Shown piece by piece: positions 51,241 through 64,000 of a stretch of DNA of 64,000 nucleotides (positions are counted from its first letter, which is position 1; the number at the start of each line of letters is the position of its first letter). The notes beneath the pieces were generated by a model. The model saw nothing but the letters and a program-made list of their open reading frames with translations. It searched no databases and was not told the origin of the DNA. The DNA is from the human T2T-CHM13v2.0 reference genome, Homo sapiens. The stretch lies in assembly GCF_009914755.1 (NCBI RefSeq), contig NC_060926.1; one strand, written 5' to 3'. Both the position numbers and the translations under genes were made by a program.

Positions 51241-53308
51241 TTGAAATGGTATCAAACAGTTTTACAGGCTACAGATAAGTATTTCTTAAAAGGAATAGTC
51301 AATTGAGGTAATAAACTTTAAGTTGCCTTATTTTACCACAGCCACCCCAAAGCTCAGCAACTACCACCCTGATCAATCAGCAGCCATCAACACTGAAGCA
51401 ACACCCTCCACCAGCAAAAAGATTATGACTCACTGAAGGCACTGGTGCTCATTAGCGTTTTGTAGCAATAAAGTTTTTTAAATTAAGGTATGCACATTTT
51501 TTAGACATAATGCTATTGCAAACTTAATAAACTAAAATATAGTGTAAATATAGCTTCTACATGCAAGGGAAAACTAAAACACTTGTGTAACTCACTTTAT
51601 TGTGATATTTGCTTTGTTGCAGTGGTCTGGAAGTGAACCCACAATATCTCCAAGGTATGCCCGCACTTATATGTGGAATCTAAAAAAGGTGAACTTGTAA
51701 AAATAGAGTAGAATGGTGGTTATCAGGGCTACATGAGTGGGGGAAATGGGAAGTTGTTGGTCAAAGGATACAGACTTTCAGTTGTAAGACCAGTAAATTC
51801 TGGAGGCTTAATGACTATAGTTAATAATATATTGTATACTTGGCATTTGCTAAGAGAATAGCCCTTGACTGTTCTCATCACACACAAAGGGTAACTATGT
51901 GAGATGATGGATATGATAACTAGCTTGCGATGAACACTTCACAATGTATATTTACATTATGTATATCTAATAATCACATTGTACAACTTAAATGTATACA
52001 ATTTTTATTTGTCAATCATACTTCAATGAAGCTGGAGAAAAAGATAAAAGGAAAGGGCAAATGCTACAAAAATAATAAAAGACAGGACCACTAAAAACAG
52101 AAACCTGGAATTATCCCAATCAGATGCAGCAGAGGATGGAAGCCAGAACTGGATGGTCAGTGAGATAATTGATTAACAATCGGTAGAACAGGTGCAACAA
52201 TTTCCTACTTTCAGTGCTGCAGGCTCTGATGTTCTCCATCCAGCTAAACTCACAAGAATTGTTTGGGGACTAATAGTGAATCTGCTATTGGACATTCCCA
52301 ACATAAGTATCCCCTGGAGCTAAGGGGTGTCTCAAATTGAGAAAGCTAATTATTATCCCATACTCAAAGAGAAAGACAGGCTGATCACATGTTCCCATCC
52401 TGTACTTTCACATAAGCTCAAAATTCTATCAGAATTTGAATTTTCTGCTAGGGAAGCAGAGAATATTCACTGGTGATGAATAAAAACATATTCCAGAAAA
52501 ATATACCACTCTTACAAGAACCTTGCACTACAAACAGATGACTAAGATTTTCCATGAAACGCTTAAGACAACAGCATAAAAGAAAGACACTGGAATGAAA
52601 ACAAGACCAAAACTAACTTTCAAAAAAGAGAATACAGGTAGGAAAACACATACATTTTAAAATAATTACAATTAGTGTCCTCAGGAACATATGTAAAACA
52701 AGAGCAGGCTGTTATGAAAGAAAAGTAAAGTTATTGGAGATTAAAAATGGTATTCCATAAAAGAGAATAATAATGAATCCAAAGGATAAGTGGTAAGATT
52801 GACTCAGCTGAAGACAAAAGGACAGCACTAGAAATCTAGAGATATTTTCAAAATTCTATTCAAAAACACAAAGACATGATTGCTTTGAAAGCAGTTAAGA
52901 AGCATGGATGATATACACAGGAAATACAATCCAATGCCAATTCAAAAGGAAAGAAAAAAGAAGAAAAAGGGAAAAGCTCTCGCCTGCATGAGTCTAGCCC
53001 TATATTTTTTCCTGCTACAAGATAATTAATCATGGAGGTGTACATGTCCTTCAGAGAAAACCCACTTGCCTCTCTCACATATAAATATACCTTCAAGATG
53101 TGATCTGATCCCCTGACTTAATCACATTAAGCAACAGTATATTTTCCCAAATCTGGCTCATTTCAAGAATGTAATCTATTCATATTTATTGCCATCACTA
53201 TTACATTGGTTTTATTTCAGCCATATTAGTGAATTAAACATAGCTGTATATAAAATAGAGACGAAAGACATATGATGATGTAAATATACTAGAAGTTTAT
53301 GCATCTTG

Positions 53309-53712
53309 TGCTAATGGTTTGCATGGGTGTCCCCTCCAAAATTCATGTTGAAACTTAATCCTCACTGTAGTGACAGTGGGCAAGTTGGGAATACTTATGT
53401 TTGGGCAAGTGATTAAGTGACGAGGGCTCTTCGCTTAAAAAAGGATTCATCCCTTATAAAAGAGCCTTTTGAGAGTTTTCCCCTTTCTGCTCTTCCATCT
53501 TCCACCATGTGGGGATAGAGCATTCCTCCCTTCTGGAGGATGCAGCAACAAGACACCATCTTAAGAGCAGAGAACGGACCTCCCCAGACACCAGGGTCAG
53601 TGCCTTGATCTTGGACTTACCAGCTTCCATAACTGTGAGAAAATAAGTTTCTAGCATTTATAAATTAACTAATTGTGGTATTTTGTTATAGCAGTACAAA
53701 TGAACTAAGACA
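53309..53712 (+). mobile_element. MSTC/MSTD-type MaLR solo LTR, apparently inside an older MLT1 remnant (~53235-54000)
   Basis: tgctaatggtttg...cccctccaaaattcatgttgaaacttaatc...gccttgatcttggacttaccagc...aactaagaca. Confidence 0.85.
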
Positions 53713-54052
53713 TTATGTAATAGTCTAGAGTGGTACAGAGTAGCAAGGAGCAGAAGGCTGCTCCATACAATCATTTGAAGGACTCACACGAATAGAGGCC
53801 ACCTTCAGTGAATCAAGTCCAAGTTCATGATAGTCATCTTCACCCAGTCTGAGGAAACAAAAAGTATCCAGGAGTTGCCATGAGGGAACTTCAGAGATCA
53901 GTCCTGGAAATGACACATACCACTATTTCTTATGCCCTCATGGCTAAAAGTCACATGACTACAGCTAATAGCACAAAAAGATAGGCCTAGATTTTGGTTA
54001 GATTCTAGCACAGCCATCTTATTTTTCAATGTCTTCATATTTTGTTTCTTTT

Positions 54053-55424
54053 ATTGCTGTTGTTGTTGCTGTTGTTTGCAGTTTTTTGTTTGTTTGTTTT
54101 GGGGGAGGTTGTTTTAACATTTAAGTTCAGGGGTATAAGTGCAGGTTTGTTACATAGGCAAACTTGTGTCATGGGGGTTGATACACAAATTATTTCATCA
54201 CTCAGGTATTAAGTCTAGTATTCATTAATTGTTTTTCCTGATCCTCTCCCTCCTCCAACTCTCTGCCTTCCAAAAGTCCCCAGGGTGTGTTGTTCCCCTC
54301 TATGTGTCCATGTGTTCTCATCATTTAGCTCCCAGTTATAAGTGAGAACATGTGGTATTTGGTTTTCTGTTCCTGTGTTAGTTTGCTACGGATAATGGCC
54401 TCCAGCTCCATCTATGTCCCTGCAAAGGACATGATCTCATTAGTTTTTATGGCTGCATAGTATTTCATGTGTATATGTAACACATTTTCTTTGTCCAGTC
54501 TATTATTGATGGGCATTTAGGTTGATTCCATGTCTTTTCTATTGTGAATACTGCTGCAATGAACATACGTGTGCATGTGTCTTTATAATTGAAAAATTTA
54601 TATTCCTTTGGGTATATATCTGTTAGTGGGATTTCTGGGTCAAATGGAATTTCTGTCTTTAGGTCTTTGAGGAATTACCACACTGTCTTCCACAGTGGCT
54701 GAACTAATTTACACTCCCACCAACAGTGTAAAAGCATCCCTTTGTCTCCACTACCTCACCAGCATCTGTTATTTTTTGACTTTTTAATAACAGCCATTCT
54801 GACTGGTGTTAGATGGTATCTCACTGTGGTTTTGATTTGCATTTCTCTAATTATTGGTGAATTTGAGCTTTTTTTCATGATTGCTGGCCATAAATATGTC
54901 TTCTTTTGAGAAGTGTCTGTTCATGTCTTTGCCCACTTTTTAATGAGGTTGTTTGTTTTTCTTGTAAATTTGTTTCAGTTCCTTATAGATGCTGGATAGT
55001 AGACCTTTGTCAGATGTATAGTTTGCAAAATTTTTCTCCCATTCTGTAGGTTGTCTATTTACTCTGTTGACAGTTTCTTCTGTTGTGCAGAAGCTTTTTA
55101 GTTTAATTAGATCCCATTTGCCAATTTTTGCTATTGCTGCAATTGCTTTTGGCATCTTCATCATGAAATCTTTGCCTGTGTCTATATCCTTAATGGTATT
55201 GCCTAGGTTGTCTTCCAGGATTTGTATAGGTTGGGGTTTTACATTTGTCATTAATCCATCTTAAAACAGACATATAGACCAATGGAACAGAATAGAGAAC
55301 CCAGAAATAAGACCACACACCTACAATTATCTGACCTTCAACAAATCTGACAAAAACGAGCAAGGGGGGAAGGATTCCCCATTCAATAAATGGTGCTGGG
55401 ATAACTGGCTAGCCATATGCAGGG
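54053..55424 (-). mobile_element. 5'-inverted LINE-1 (L1PA12/13-like): direct part 54053-55262 (minus), inverted part 55263-55422 (plus)
   Basis: Decayed tail (TTG/TTTG)n; reverse 3'UTR and ORF2 ([15 protein letters not shown]); TSD catattttgtttctttt (54036-54052) / cacattttgtttctttt (55425-55441). Confidence 0.92.
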
Positions 55425-56294
55425 CACATTTTGTTTCTTTTTTCTTTACTATTACTTATGTTCATCGTATATTATTTGCTTTTTATCTTGTCCTACATTA
55501 GGTATTTCAATTTTATTTATATTCTACTAATGATTATACTCAAATTTATAGCAAACGTGAAAATATAGATTCATATTAATATTAAAAAATAATGTGAACA
55601 TACAGCCTTTTTCATTTGTAACAAGATTAACAGACATTTAATTATTTTATCCTCTTCTCAATTTTCTTTTAATTTCTCAATTTTCTAGCTTTAAATTATT
55701 ATTTAATAATATCTCTATTGTTAAATCCCTGCCTAACAATTGAACTTAATTTCATAGCTCATTGTTTATTATTTCTTGTATCTTATTTTTTCACTATCAC
55801 TCAGTCTTCTGTTTCCTACAGTACCTTTATAAGTAATTTAATTTTCAATATGACTAGTGGGTGATACATTTCTAGATGGCTATATGTTCAAAAACGTCTA
55901 TTTTTTTCTCATATAGGTAGGATATTTGTACTGTCTTTGTAATACTAAATCCAAAATTCTTTCTCTGAAATGAGGGTATCAGAGCAGTCATAGAGGCAAA
56001 ATGCCAGCTGAGAATTGTCCCATCAGAGTAGAAAACTCATGGGCTCCCCAGTAGTGGAGACTGCCCCATGTCAATGATGCACTGGGAAAATGAGGACCTT
56101 TTGAGACATACCTAAGTTTTTTCCTGTGATATATGCTTAGAAGTAACTAAAAAAGAATTCAGGTGCTAATATCAGATATATAATCCAATAATGGGGTTCG
56201 GGCCTTCCTTGTTTGCCTTTAAAATGGAAATAAAAGCTCATTTTTAAAATCATAAACAGCGAAAAGCACAGAGTATATACTAAATAATTATAAT

Positions 56295-56530
56295 ACAATA
56301 ATGACAACCATTCATAATCTTTATTGAGCACCTACTACCTGTCGGATCCTGTAGGAGGGCTTTCACATACACTATTTCTAAGATAACAGTTCAGCAAGGT
56401 CTGATGATTACTTCTATTTTACATGTGAGAAAACAGACTTATTGAGATTCTCTTCCTCGAAGTCACACTACCAAATGGGATTCTAAACTAGCTCTATCTA
56501 ACTCAAATTCAAGGCTTTTTCCTATAGATT
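56295..56530 (-). mobile_element. MIR SINE, near full length
   Basis: tttattgagcacctacta...ttctattttacatgtgagaaaacagact...gtcacact...gggattctaaact. Confidence 0.75.
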
Positions 56531-56619
56531 ACTTGTCTTATTTTAAATCTAAGATATTATTTTAATTTTACCTCTTTCAAAACAGATTTTGACTGCTTTA
56601 TAAGTTTACTGTTGAATGT

Positions 56620-56898
56620 GCTGATAACATTCTGAGTACTTAAAATGCAGTTCATCTGAATGTATTGGAAATGTAAAATACACAGGGATTTAAAAGGTGA
56701 TATTGTAAAATAATGTAAAATGTCTCATAACTAAATATTATACCGATTACTTGTTGAAATTATAATATTTGTGATATATTGATATAAATTAAATATATTA
56801 TTAAAATCATCTTACTAGTTTTACTTTTTAAAATACTGTTACTAGAAAATTTAAAATTATATATATGGCTCAAATTGTACTTCTATATGATAATGCTG
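56620..56898. mobile_element. MER33/MER3-type hAT-Charlie transposon
   Basis: tgtaaaatacacagggattt...aatgtaaaatgtctcat...actagaaaatttaaaattatatatatggctc...atgctg|ctcta. Confidence 0.75.
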
Positions 56899-56981
56899 CT
56901 CTATAAAGAGCTAAATTTAAAAAAAATATGGATTAACTACTGGACAACCTAGTTGGTTAATAGCTATGGTAATTTAATGAT

Positions 56982-57132
56982 TAATCCATTTATTCATTAA
57001 TTCTCTTAACAAATATTTATCAAGTACCCATTTGTGGCTAAGCCTTGTTTGAGGTCCTGAAAATAGATCAGGAGAGAAAAGCAAGAAAAAAAAAAAAAAA
57101 AAAACTCTGACCTTATGGAGTTTACATTCAAG
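56982..57132 (-). mobile_element. LINE-2 3' end with internal poly(A) run
   Basis: catttattcatt...aacaaatatttatcaagtaccc...ctctgaccttatggagtttacattc. Confidence 0.7.
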
Positions 57133-57873
57133 CTGCAAGTTAGTTCTGCCAATGGGTTCTTACCATTCCTTTCTCATCTGCTAAAATATGGTCCAACATC
57201 ATCTTTTCTACGATTCCTGAAATTAAGAGTTCTAAAACTTAAAGTCACGAATTAATTTAGAATAGAACATATAGGTAAAATAGGTACATGAACTAGAAAT
57301 ACGGCGAAAAATATTTGTTTATAGAATCAGGCATTTGGTCTTGTAGTTGCCAAACTGCAGTCACTAAACCTTGTTCTTTCGGTGGTTTAGTAAGCCAGTG
57401 GCTTACTTAAAGGGGTGCTGCAGTGCAGTGAAGATCACTATTTTATTTTATTTTTTTTAGCAAACAATTACTCTACATCATTTCAGAAATGTCTCAATGT
57501 TAAAACCTCTTAGGGTGCTTAATGATTACTTATTAGGTACAGATTATAAAAGACATTTTCCTTCTGGGCAAACCAGAATAAAGGTTTACAAGCCTATGAA
57601 AGAATATTTGATGGATTACCTCAAAATCCTTACATATGGACAGGCTTCCAGCTTTTTCTTTTTCTTCTTTTTATTTTAACAGATATATTTCAGGCACTGT
57701 GCTGGTGTGCTTGTTTTCATATGCTATTGCAATTATTCCACTTAACTAATGAGAAAATTGATGGTCCCAGAAATTAAACATAGTATCCTAATTTTACATG
57801 ATGATAAGCACAGATATACAATTCAAAACTACACTTGCATGTTTCTTGCCTTGTTTAATTTTTACTTTTCTTT

Positions 57874-57893
57874 CTAACCCTAACCCTAACCCT
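57874..57893 (-). repeat. Short interstitial telomeric repeat (TTAGGG)3.3
   Basis: ctaaccctaaccctaaccct. Confidence 0.75.
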
Positions 57894-58839
57894 TTCTCTG
57901 TTTTGAGTATTCCATGTTTGTTTGCTTGGTTTAAGCTAATTCCAAAAGTTTCACATATTCAGATGGTATAATCTGTTTCACTACTTACTATTCATTTAAC
58001 TCCCCTCTTCTTTAATTTCTATACATTTTGACCCTGACAATCTCCTAGTCTGCAGGTTCAAACCCATCTAAATACTCTTTTAATCTCCAAACACCTGAAA
58101 CATTCTTCTACCTTTCATTTTCAGTATCTCCTACAGGCATGACAATGCCCCAAATTATTTATTTCATTCCAACATTCTTTAAACTACTATTCTACCCTCT
58201 CTCTCAGACTCAGGCTGCAAAGGTACCTACTTCTCCTCTTTCTCTGTCTCCCATCTCAGCTTTTTATTATGTAGATCAATTTAACCTCTTTCTTTCTATT
58301 TCCCTATTTTTCAGGACAAAGATTCTGCAGAACTTAGGAAAAGTCCAGAAAGATGACCCAGTGATAAAGAATATCTTCTGTCCAAGAAAGGGCATAAAAT
58401 GAAAAGAGAAAAGGGGGTAAAATTTTAACCACTTGTAATCCAAAACCTTATCTTTCATCTGTCAAGGGACATTAGATAACACCAGGACCACCACGGCTAC
58501 TTCAGTCCTTTTCCTAAACCATAAGTTTGTAATTGGTAATCTAAGACCTGTCAATTAACTATCTGTGTACCTGGATTTTTGTATCAAAGCTCCACTCCCC
58601 AGTGAGATATAGTGCTTTTTTATCTTGTGGGTTGGTTGTTTTCAGAATCATAATTAGAGGTTTAATAGCCTATTAGAATAACCAATGGCATATACCTCAG
58701 AACCCTGCAAGTGTGCTCATTTGACTATGCTCCACCCTGGCATTAGTTAGTATTAGTGCCTAGCTGTGCCTCTCAACTAACCTTGCAGTGAGCACTGCCA
58801 AACCTAGCCACTATTGCATTCAACAAATGTACCTCCATC

Positions 58840-58958
58840 AGTGCAGTGGCGTGATCATGGCTCACTGCAGCCTCAAATTGCCAGACTGGCCTCAAGTGAT
58901 CCTCCCACCTTGGCCTCCCAAATTGCTGGAATTACAGGCGTGAGTCACAATGCTGGCC
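58840..58958 (-). mobile_element. Alu monomer or deleted AluJ fragment (FRAM/FLAM-like)
   Basis: gtgcagtggcgtgatcatggctcactgcagcctc...caagtgatcctcccaccttggcctcccaaa...gattacaggcgtgag. Confidence 0.85.
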
Positions 58959-59313
58959 TTTTCACTTTCTTTTCTAAGACTCTTTTTCATTAGGACAAAT
59001 TCACACCTCACTTTTTCTTTTCTGCTCTAAGCTGTATCACTTGAAATAAAAAATGGTAAGTAATTTGTCGAAATACTGTCAGCTTTTTCATACAATGATT
59101 CAAACAACTTCTATGGTAAATGGGACTATGAATAGCAGAAAGTTAAAAGAAAAAAAAAACCTAAATTAAAGATCTATGGATAATTCCCCAATTAAATCAA
59201 CTGCTTTGCAATATCCTTCACTTAACTTTCTAAAATAGGTGCCAGTAATGAATCCCAACTCAGCTTCATTTTTTTTATTTTGACTATATCCCTGTAGTTA
59301 TGTGATAAATGTC

Positions 59314-61716
59314 TGTATCAGTCTGTTCTCACACTGCTAATAAAGACATATCCGAGAATGAGTAACTTGTAAAGAAAAGAGATTTAATTGACTCACAGGT
59401 CTGCATGGCTGGGCAGGCCTCAGAAAACTTTCAATCATGGTGGAAGAGGAAGCAAACACATCCTTCTTTACATGGTGGCAGGAAGGATAAGTGCCGAGAA
59501 AAAGACCCTTAGAAAACCATCAGATCTCCTGAGAACAGCAGCATGGGGGTAACTACCCCCATGATTCAATTACCTCCCACCGGGTCCCCCCCACAATATG
59601 TGGGGATTATGGAAACTACAATTCAAGATGAAATTTGGGTGAGGACACAGCCAAACCGCATCATTCCACCCCTGGTCTCTCCCAAATCTCATGTCCCCAC
59701 ATTTCAAAACACCACCACACTCTTCCAACAGTCCCCCAACGTCTTAACTCATTTCAGCATTAACTCAAAAGTTCAAGTCCAAAGTCTCATCTGAGACAAG
59801 GCAAGTCCCTTTTGTCTATTAGCCTGTAAAATCAAAAGCAAGTTAGTTACTTCTTAGATATAATGGGGGTACAGGCATTGGGTAAATAGACCTCTTCCAA
59901 ATGGGAGAAATTGGCCAAAATGAAGGGGCTGCAGGCCCCATGCAAGTCCGAAATCCAATAGGACAGTCATTAAATCTCAAAGTTCCAAAATAGTATTTTT
60001 TTAACTCCATGCTCCAAATCCAGGTCATGCTGATGCAAAAGGTGGGCTCCCATGGCCTTGGGCAGCTCCACCCCGTGGCTTTGCAGGGTACAGCTGCCCT
60101 CCTGGCTGCTTTCATGGGCTAGCATTGAGTGTCTGTGGCTTTTCCAGGTGCTCGGTGCAAGCTGTCAGTGGATCTACCATTCCGGGGTCTGGAAGATGGT
60201 GGCCCTCTTCTCACAGCTCCATTAGGCAGTGCTCCAGTGGAGACTCTGTGTGGAGGCTCCCACCCCTCATTTCCCTTCCACACTGCCCTAACAGAGGTCT
60301 CCATGAGGGCTCCACCCCTGCAGCAAATTTTTGCCTGGACATCCAGGCAGTTCCATGCATCCTCTGAAATCTGGGCAGAGATTCCCAAACCTCAATTCTT
60401 GATTTCTGTGCACTTACAGGCCCAACACCCTTGTAAGCCACCAAGGCTTGGGGCTTGCACCCTCTGAAGCAATGACCCAAGCTCTACGTTGGTTCCTTTT
60501 AGCCACAGCCAGGATGCAGGGCCCCAAGTCCCAAGAATGCACAAAGAAGCAACGTGCTGGGCCCAGCCCAGGAAACCACTTTTTCCTCCTAGACTTCCTG
60601 GCTTGTGATGGAAAGGGCTGCTGTGAAGACCTCTGACATGTCCTGGAACATTTTTCCCTTTGTCTTGGCTATTAACATTTGGCTCCTCCTTACTTATGCA
60701 AATTTCTGTAGTCAGCTTCAATTTCTCCTCAGAAAATGGATTTTTCTTTTCTATTGCATCATCAGGCTGTAATTTTTGTGAACTTTTATGCTCTGATTCC
60801 CTTTTAAAGATAAGTTTCAATTCCAAATGATATACTTGTGAATACATAAAGCTGAACATTTTTAACAGTACCCAGGTCACCTCTTGAACACTTTGCTGCT
60901 TAGAAATTTCTTCTGCCAGATGCCCTAAATTATCTCTACTAAGTCCAAAGTTCCACAAATCTCTAGGGCAGGGACAAAATGCTGCCAGTCTCTTTTCTAA
61001 ACCATACCAAGAGTCACCTTTGCCCCAGTTCCCAATAAGTTCCTAATCTCCACCTGAGATCATGTCAACCTCGACTTTATTGTCCACATCACTCTCAGCA
61101 TTTTGGTCAAAGCCATTCAGCAAGTCTCTAGGCAATTCCAAACTTTCCCACATCTTCCTGTCTTCTGAGCCCTCCAAGTCTCTAGGAAGTTCCAAACTTT
61201 CCCATATTTCTCTATCCTCTTCTGAGCCCTCCAAACTATTCCAACTTCTGCCTGTTACCCAGTTCCAAAGTTGCTTCCACATTTTCCGGTATCCTTACAG
61301 CAGCACGCCACTCTGCCGGTACCAATTTAATGTATTAGTTTGTTCTCACACTTCTAATAAAGACATACCCAAAACTCAGTAATTTATAAAGAAAATAGTT
61401 TTAATTGACTCACAGTTCCACATGCCTGGGAGGATGTAGGGCTCAGGAAACTTACAATCATGGCAGAAAGGAAAGCAAACATATCCTTCTTCACATGGTG
61501 GCAGGAAGGATAAGAACCAAGATAAAGGATAAAAAGCCTCTTATAAAACCATCAGATCTCATGAGAAATCACTCACTATCATGAGAACAGCAGCCTGGGG
61601 GTAACTGCTCCCATGATTCATTTACCTCCCCACTGAGTTCCTCCCACAACATGTGGGGATTATGGCAACTAAAATTAAAGACGAGATTTGGGTGGGGATA
61701 TAGCCAAACAATATCA
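59314..61716 (-). mobile_element. Full-length THE1C-type MaLR provirus: 3'LTR 59314-59663, internal 59664-61330, 5'LTR 61331-61716
   Basis: Paired LTRs containing aagcaaacacatccttct...ggcaggaagg; perfect 5-bp TSD atgtc (59309-59313, 61717-61721); internal region collinear with 39462-41026. Confidence 0.95.
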
Positions 61717-61955
61717 ATGTCCAAAAGACTAGGAAAGGATAGGAAATGAAAAAGTAATCTATAATCTAGATGGTAATTATTTATTTCCTGTCTTTTCATA
61801 TCTATATTTTGTAATCAAATCCATCTAGCTCCTATGCCCAAACTACTATTAATTGCATATGTATTACATAAATTAATTTGAGCAAAATATCAAAATAATT
61901 GCTAGTTTTGTAATACAGAGTACTCGTTCTAAAATCTAGAAAAAAATTAATTATT

Positions 61956-62312
<357 letters not shown>

Positions 62313-63269
62313 TTACATTTTGGCATTTGTGAACATTTTGTTTCCACTGAGACAACTGAGTTGCTGTTACTACATTTAGATGGATAGTTGTCAATGTTGT
62401 TTTGCAACAAAATAAATAAGAATTACTGATGTGTAGTCTAGGATATACTACCATATACATGTACACACATATGAAAGGCAAAAAGAAAAAAAGAAGGTAG
62501 AAATAGAAAGAACTACTGAAAAATATATGGCTTTTTTCATTGTTCCTTATTTTTGTAAAGTCATTCCCAGACAGGAAATACAAAATCCAGAGCTCAAGCC
62601 TTGCATGCAGAATCAGCAACCAATTGCAACCCTAGGATTCAGATCACTAGGCATCCTGTCACCAGCCACCTGCCTGAGCTGTGAAGGCCCTGGCAGGTTG
62701 TTTCCTCACTGTGGATGAGCCAGGATTTATGTGACCTTCACAAAATCAGACAAGGAGCTTACATGTCAGATAAAATGTCTAACCAAACTAACACAATGTT
62801 CAGTAGGCAAAAAAAATGTCCACAGACTATTAACCAACTAGAGACATTACCTTTCTTGTCTCTTCTCAATTGTATCTCTCTCATTTAAATTAATGTCCAC
62901 AATGCTTTTAAATAAGGCTCTAATATATAACTCTCCCTTGCAAAACACACACATAAATGCACGCCATTCTCTGTTGTCTTTATTTACACAACTTGTTAGA
63001 AGACAGAAATGCCCTTTTCTAAGTCATATGCTAAAATATATGGGTAAAAATGACAGATTATCTCTTTTTTTATTCAGTCAGGGAGTGAGTGAATATTTAT
63101 TGAGTTCTGACTTTGTACAAGGTCTATGTTAAATAAATTAAGTACGTATGGAATAAGTTGTTGAATAAAAAGCATGACTTCCACTTTCTAAGATATTAAA
63201 ATCAAATTAATACGAAAACAGAATCAAATCAAACCCACTGATATGTTAAAAAATACAGATAAACAAACA

Positions 63270-64000
63270 GGAGAAAAGTCAGCCATGAACTTACCACCCA
63301 AGAAAATCATTATTAATAGTTTAGTAATTATCTTTCTACTGGCCTAACCCTCTGTGGTTCTGCTAGTGCCTTGCACGTATGTTCAATCATCTATTCTCAC
63401 TGAGAAATATATTGTGAGCATCTTTCTGTATCAATAGGATAAATCTCCATATTTTTCCTAATAGCTTTGTAGCAAGCCATTTGATGAATGCCCTGGAATT
63501 TATTTAAACAATCACTTTAGTGAACATGTAGGTGTCTCCAAGCTTCTGAAACAATACACAACACTAACATAAAAAATTACACACAGCTTTATGTATTTGC
63601 ACAACAATATCATGAACATACATTTTTATCAGAGTCATGCATATTTTTAAACATTTACAAAGCTTTTAATCAATACATAATATATATGCAGAAATGTAAA
63701 TATATCAAAGTGTATCGCTTGATTAATTTTCAGAGAGTAAACTCATGAATAGCATTCATTTCAAGAAACAGAATTTAACTATAATGCAAATCCCCCTAGA
63801 GCCCCTACCAGTCTTCATTTCCCCAGAAGGCAACCATTATATTGACATTATACTGATTAGAAAAAAAATATTTATATAAATTAAATGAGAGTAGGTTCTC
63901 TTGTACCAAGCTCCTCTGCAAAATATATCTATATTGTCATGCTTATTTGCATAATGACCATTCTCAATATTACACATTTTTTAAAATTTTGTGACATACC
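63270..64000 (-). mobile_element. Ancient L1ME-type 3' fragments (two segments, break near 63655)
   Basis: aatttatttaaacaatcac...gaacatgtaggtgtctcc and aagtgtatcgcttgattaattttc...ggcaaccattatattgac. Confidence 0.55.

Larger units (their letters stand above)
48376..51663 (+). mobile_element. Near-full-length Tigger1 (48376-48412 plus 49362-51663)
   Basis: Termini cagacagacattgttttat... and ...aatatctccaaggtatgcccg; decayed pogo-type transposase inside. Confidence 0.93.
48305..52041 (+). mobile_element. L1MA8/9-like 3' end (48305-48375 plus 51664-52041) split by Tigger1
   Basis: ttatgctaagtgaaaaaggtcagacacagaaagacaaatactacataatatca | cacttatatgtggaatctaaaaaag...cttcaatgaagctggagaaaa is continuous once Tigger1 is removed. 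Confidence 0.85.
48090..52900 (+). mobile_element. Possible HAL1/ancient L1 host fragments (~48090-48300 and ~52050-52900) surrounding the nested insertions
   Basis: aaatggaagacg...ccccaatcacactaacat...tataaatctataggataacaaagaac and aaaacaagagcaggctgttatgaaa...ttattggagattaaaaat resemble recalled HAL1 segments. Confidence 0.35.

Noticed and set aside
45404-57407. Isolated short palindromes (agaggtac-a-gtacctct at 45404-45420; agtaagcca-g-tggcttact at ~57389-57407) and small tandem duplications elsewhere (8797-8836, 27422-27468, 37321-37358)
   Set aside because: A few such 8-9-bp stems and slippage duplications are expected in 64 kb; there is no supporting context

Overview
This window is AT-rich, CpG-poor primate genomic DNA. 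It is probably hominoid (human or ape), because it holds an L1PA3-type LINE-1, an AluS and THE1 elements. It is LINE/LTR-rich and Alu-poor, like a gene desert or a very large intron. I see no protein-coding exon, RNA gene, CpG island or CRISPR array. Every long ORF is explained by L1 ORF2, Tigger1 transposase, THE1 internal sequence, low-complexity RY repeats or chance. More than half of the window is recognisable transposon debris: about ten L1 copies (three 5'-inverted), two full-length THE1 proviruses, solo LTRs, a near-full-length Tigger1, MER6/MER47/MER58/MER33, L2, MIR and Alu. Subfamily names come from recalled consensus sequences and need RepeatMasker/Dfam confirmation. The structures that repeat annotation does not explain are: (1) a ~246-bp, ~85%-identical inverted repeat (22740-22985 / 25036-25282) enclosing strong splice signals; (2) a 156-bp spaced direct duplication; (3) a perfect 32-bp VNTR whose unit resembles the EPO hypoxia-response element; (4) an L1PA3 copy whose substitutions are skewed toward G; (5) a Tigger1 flanked by CA instead of TA and carrying a micro-inversion. 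None of these proves a new biological system; they are testable leads.
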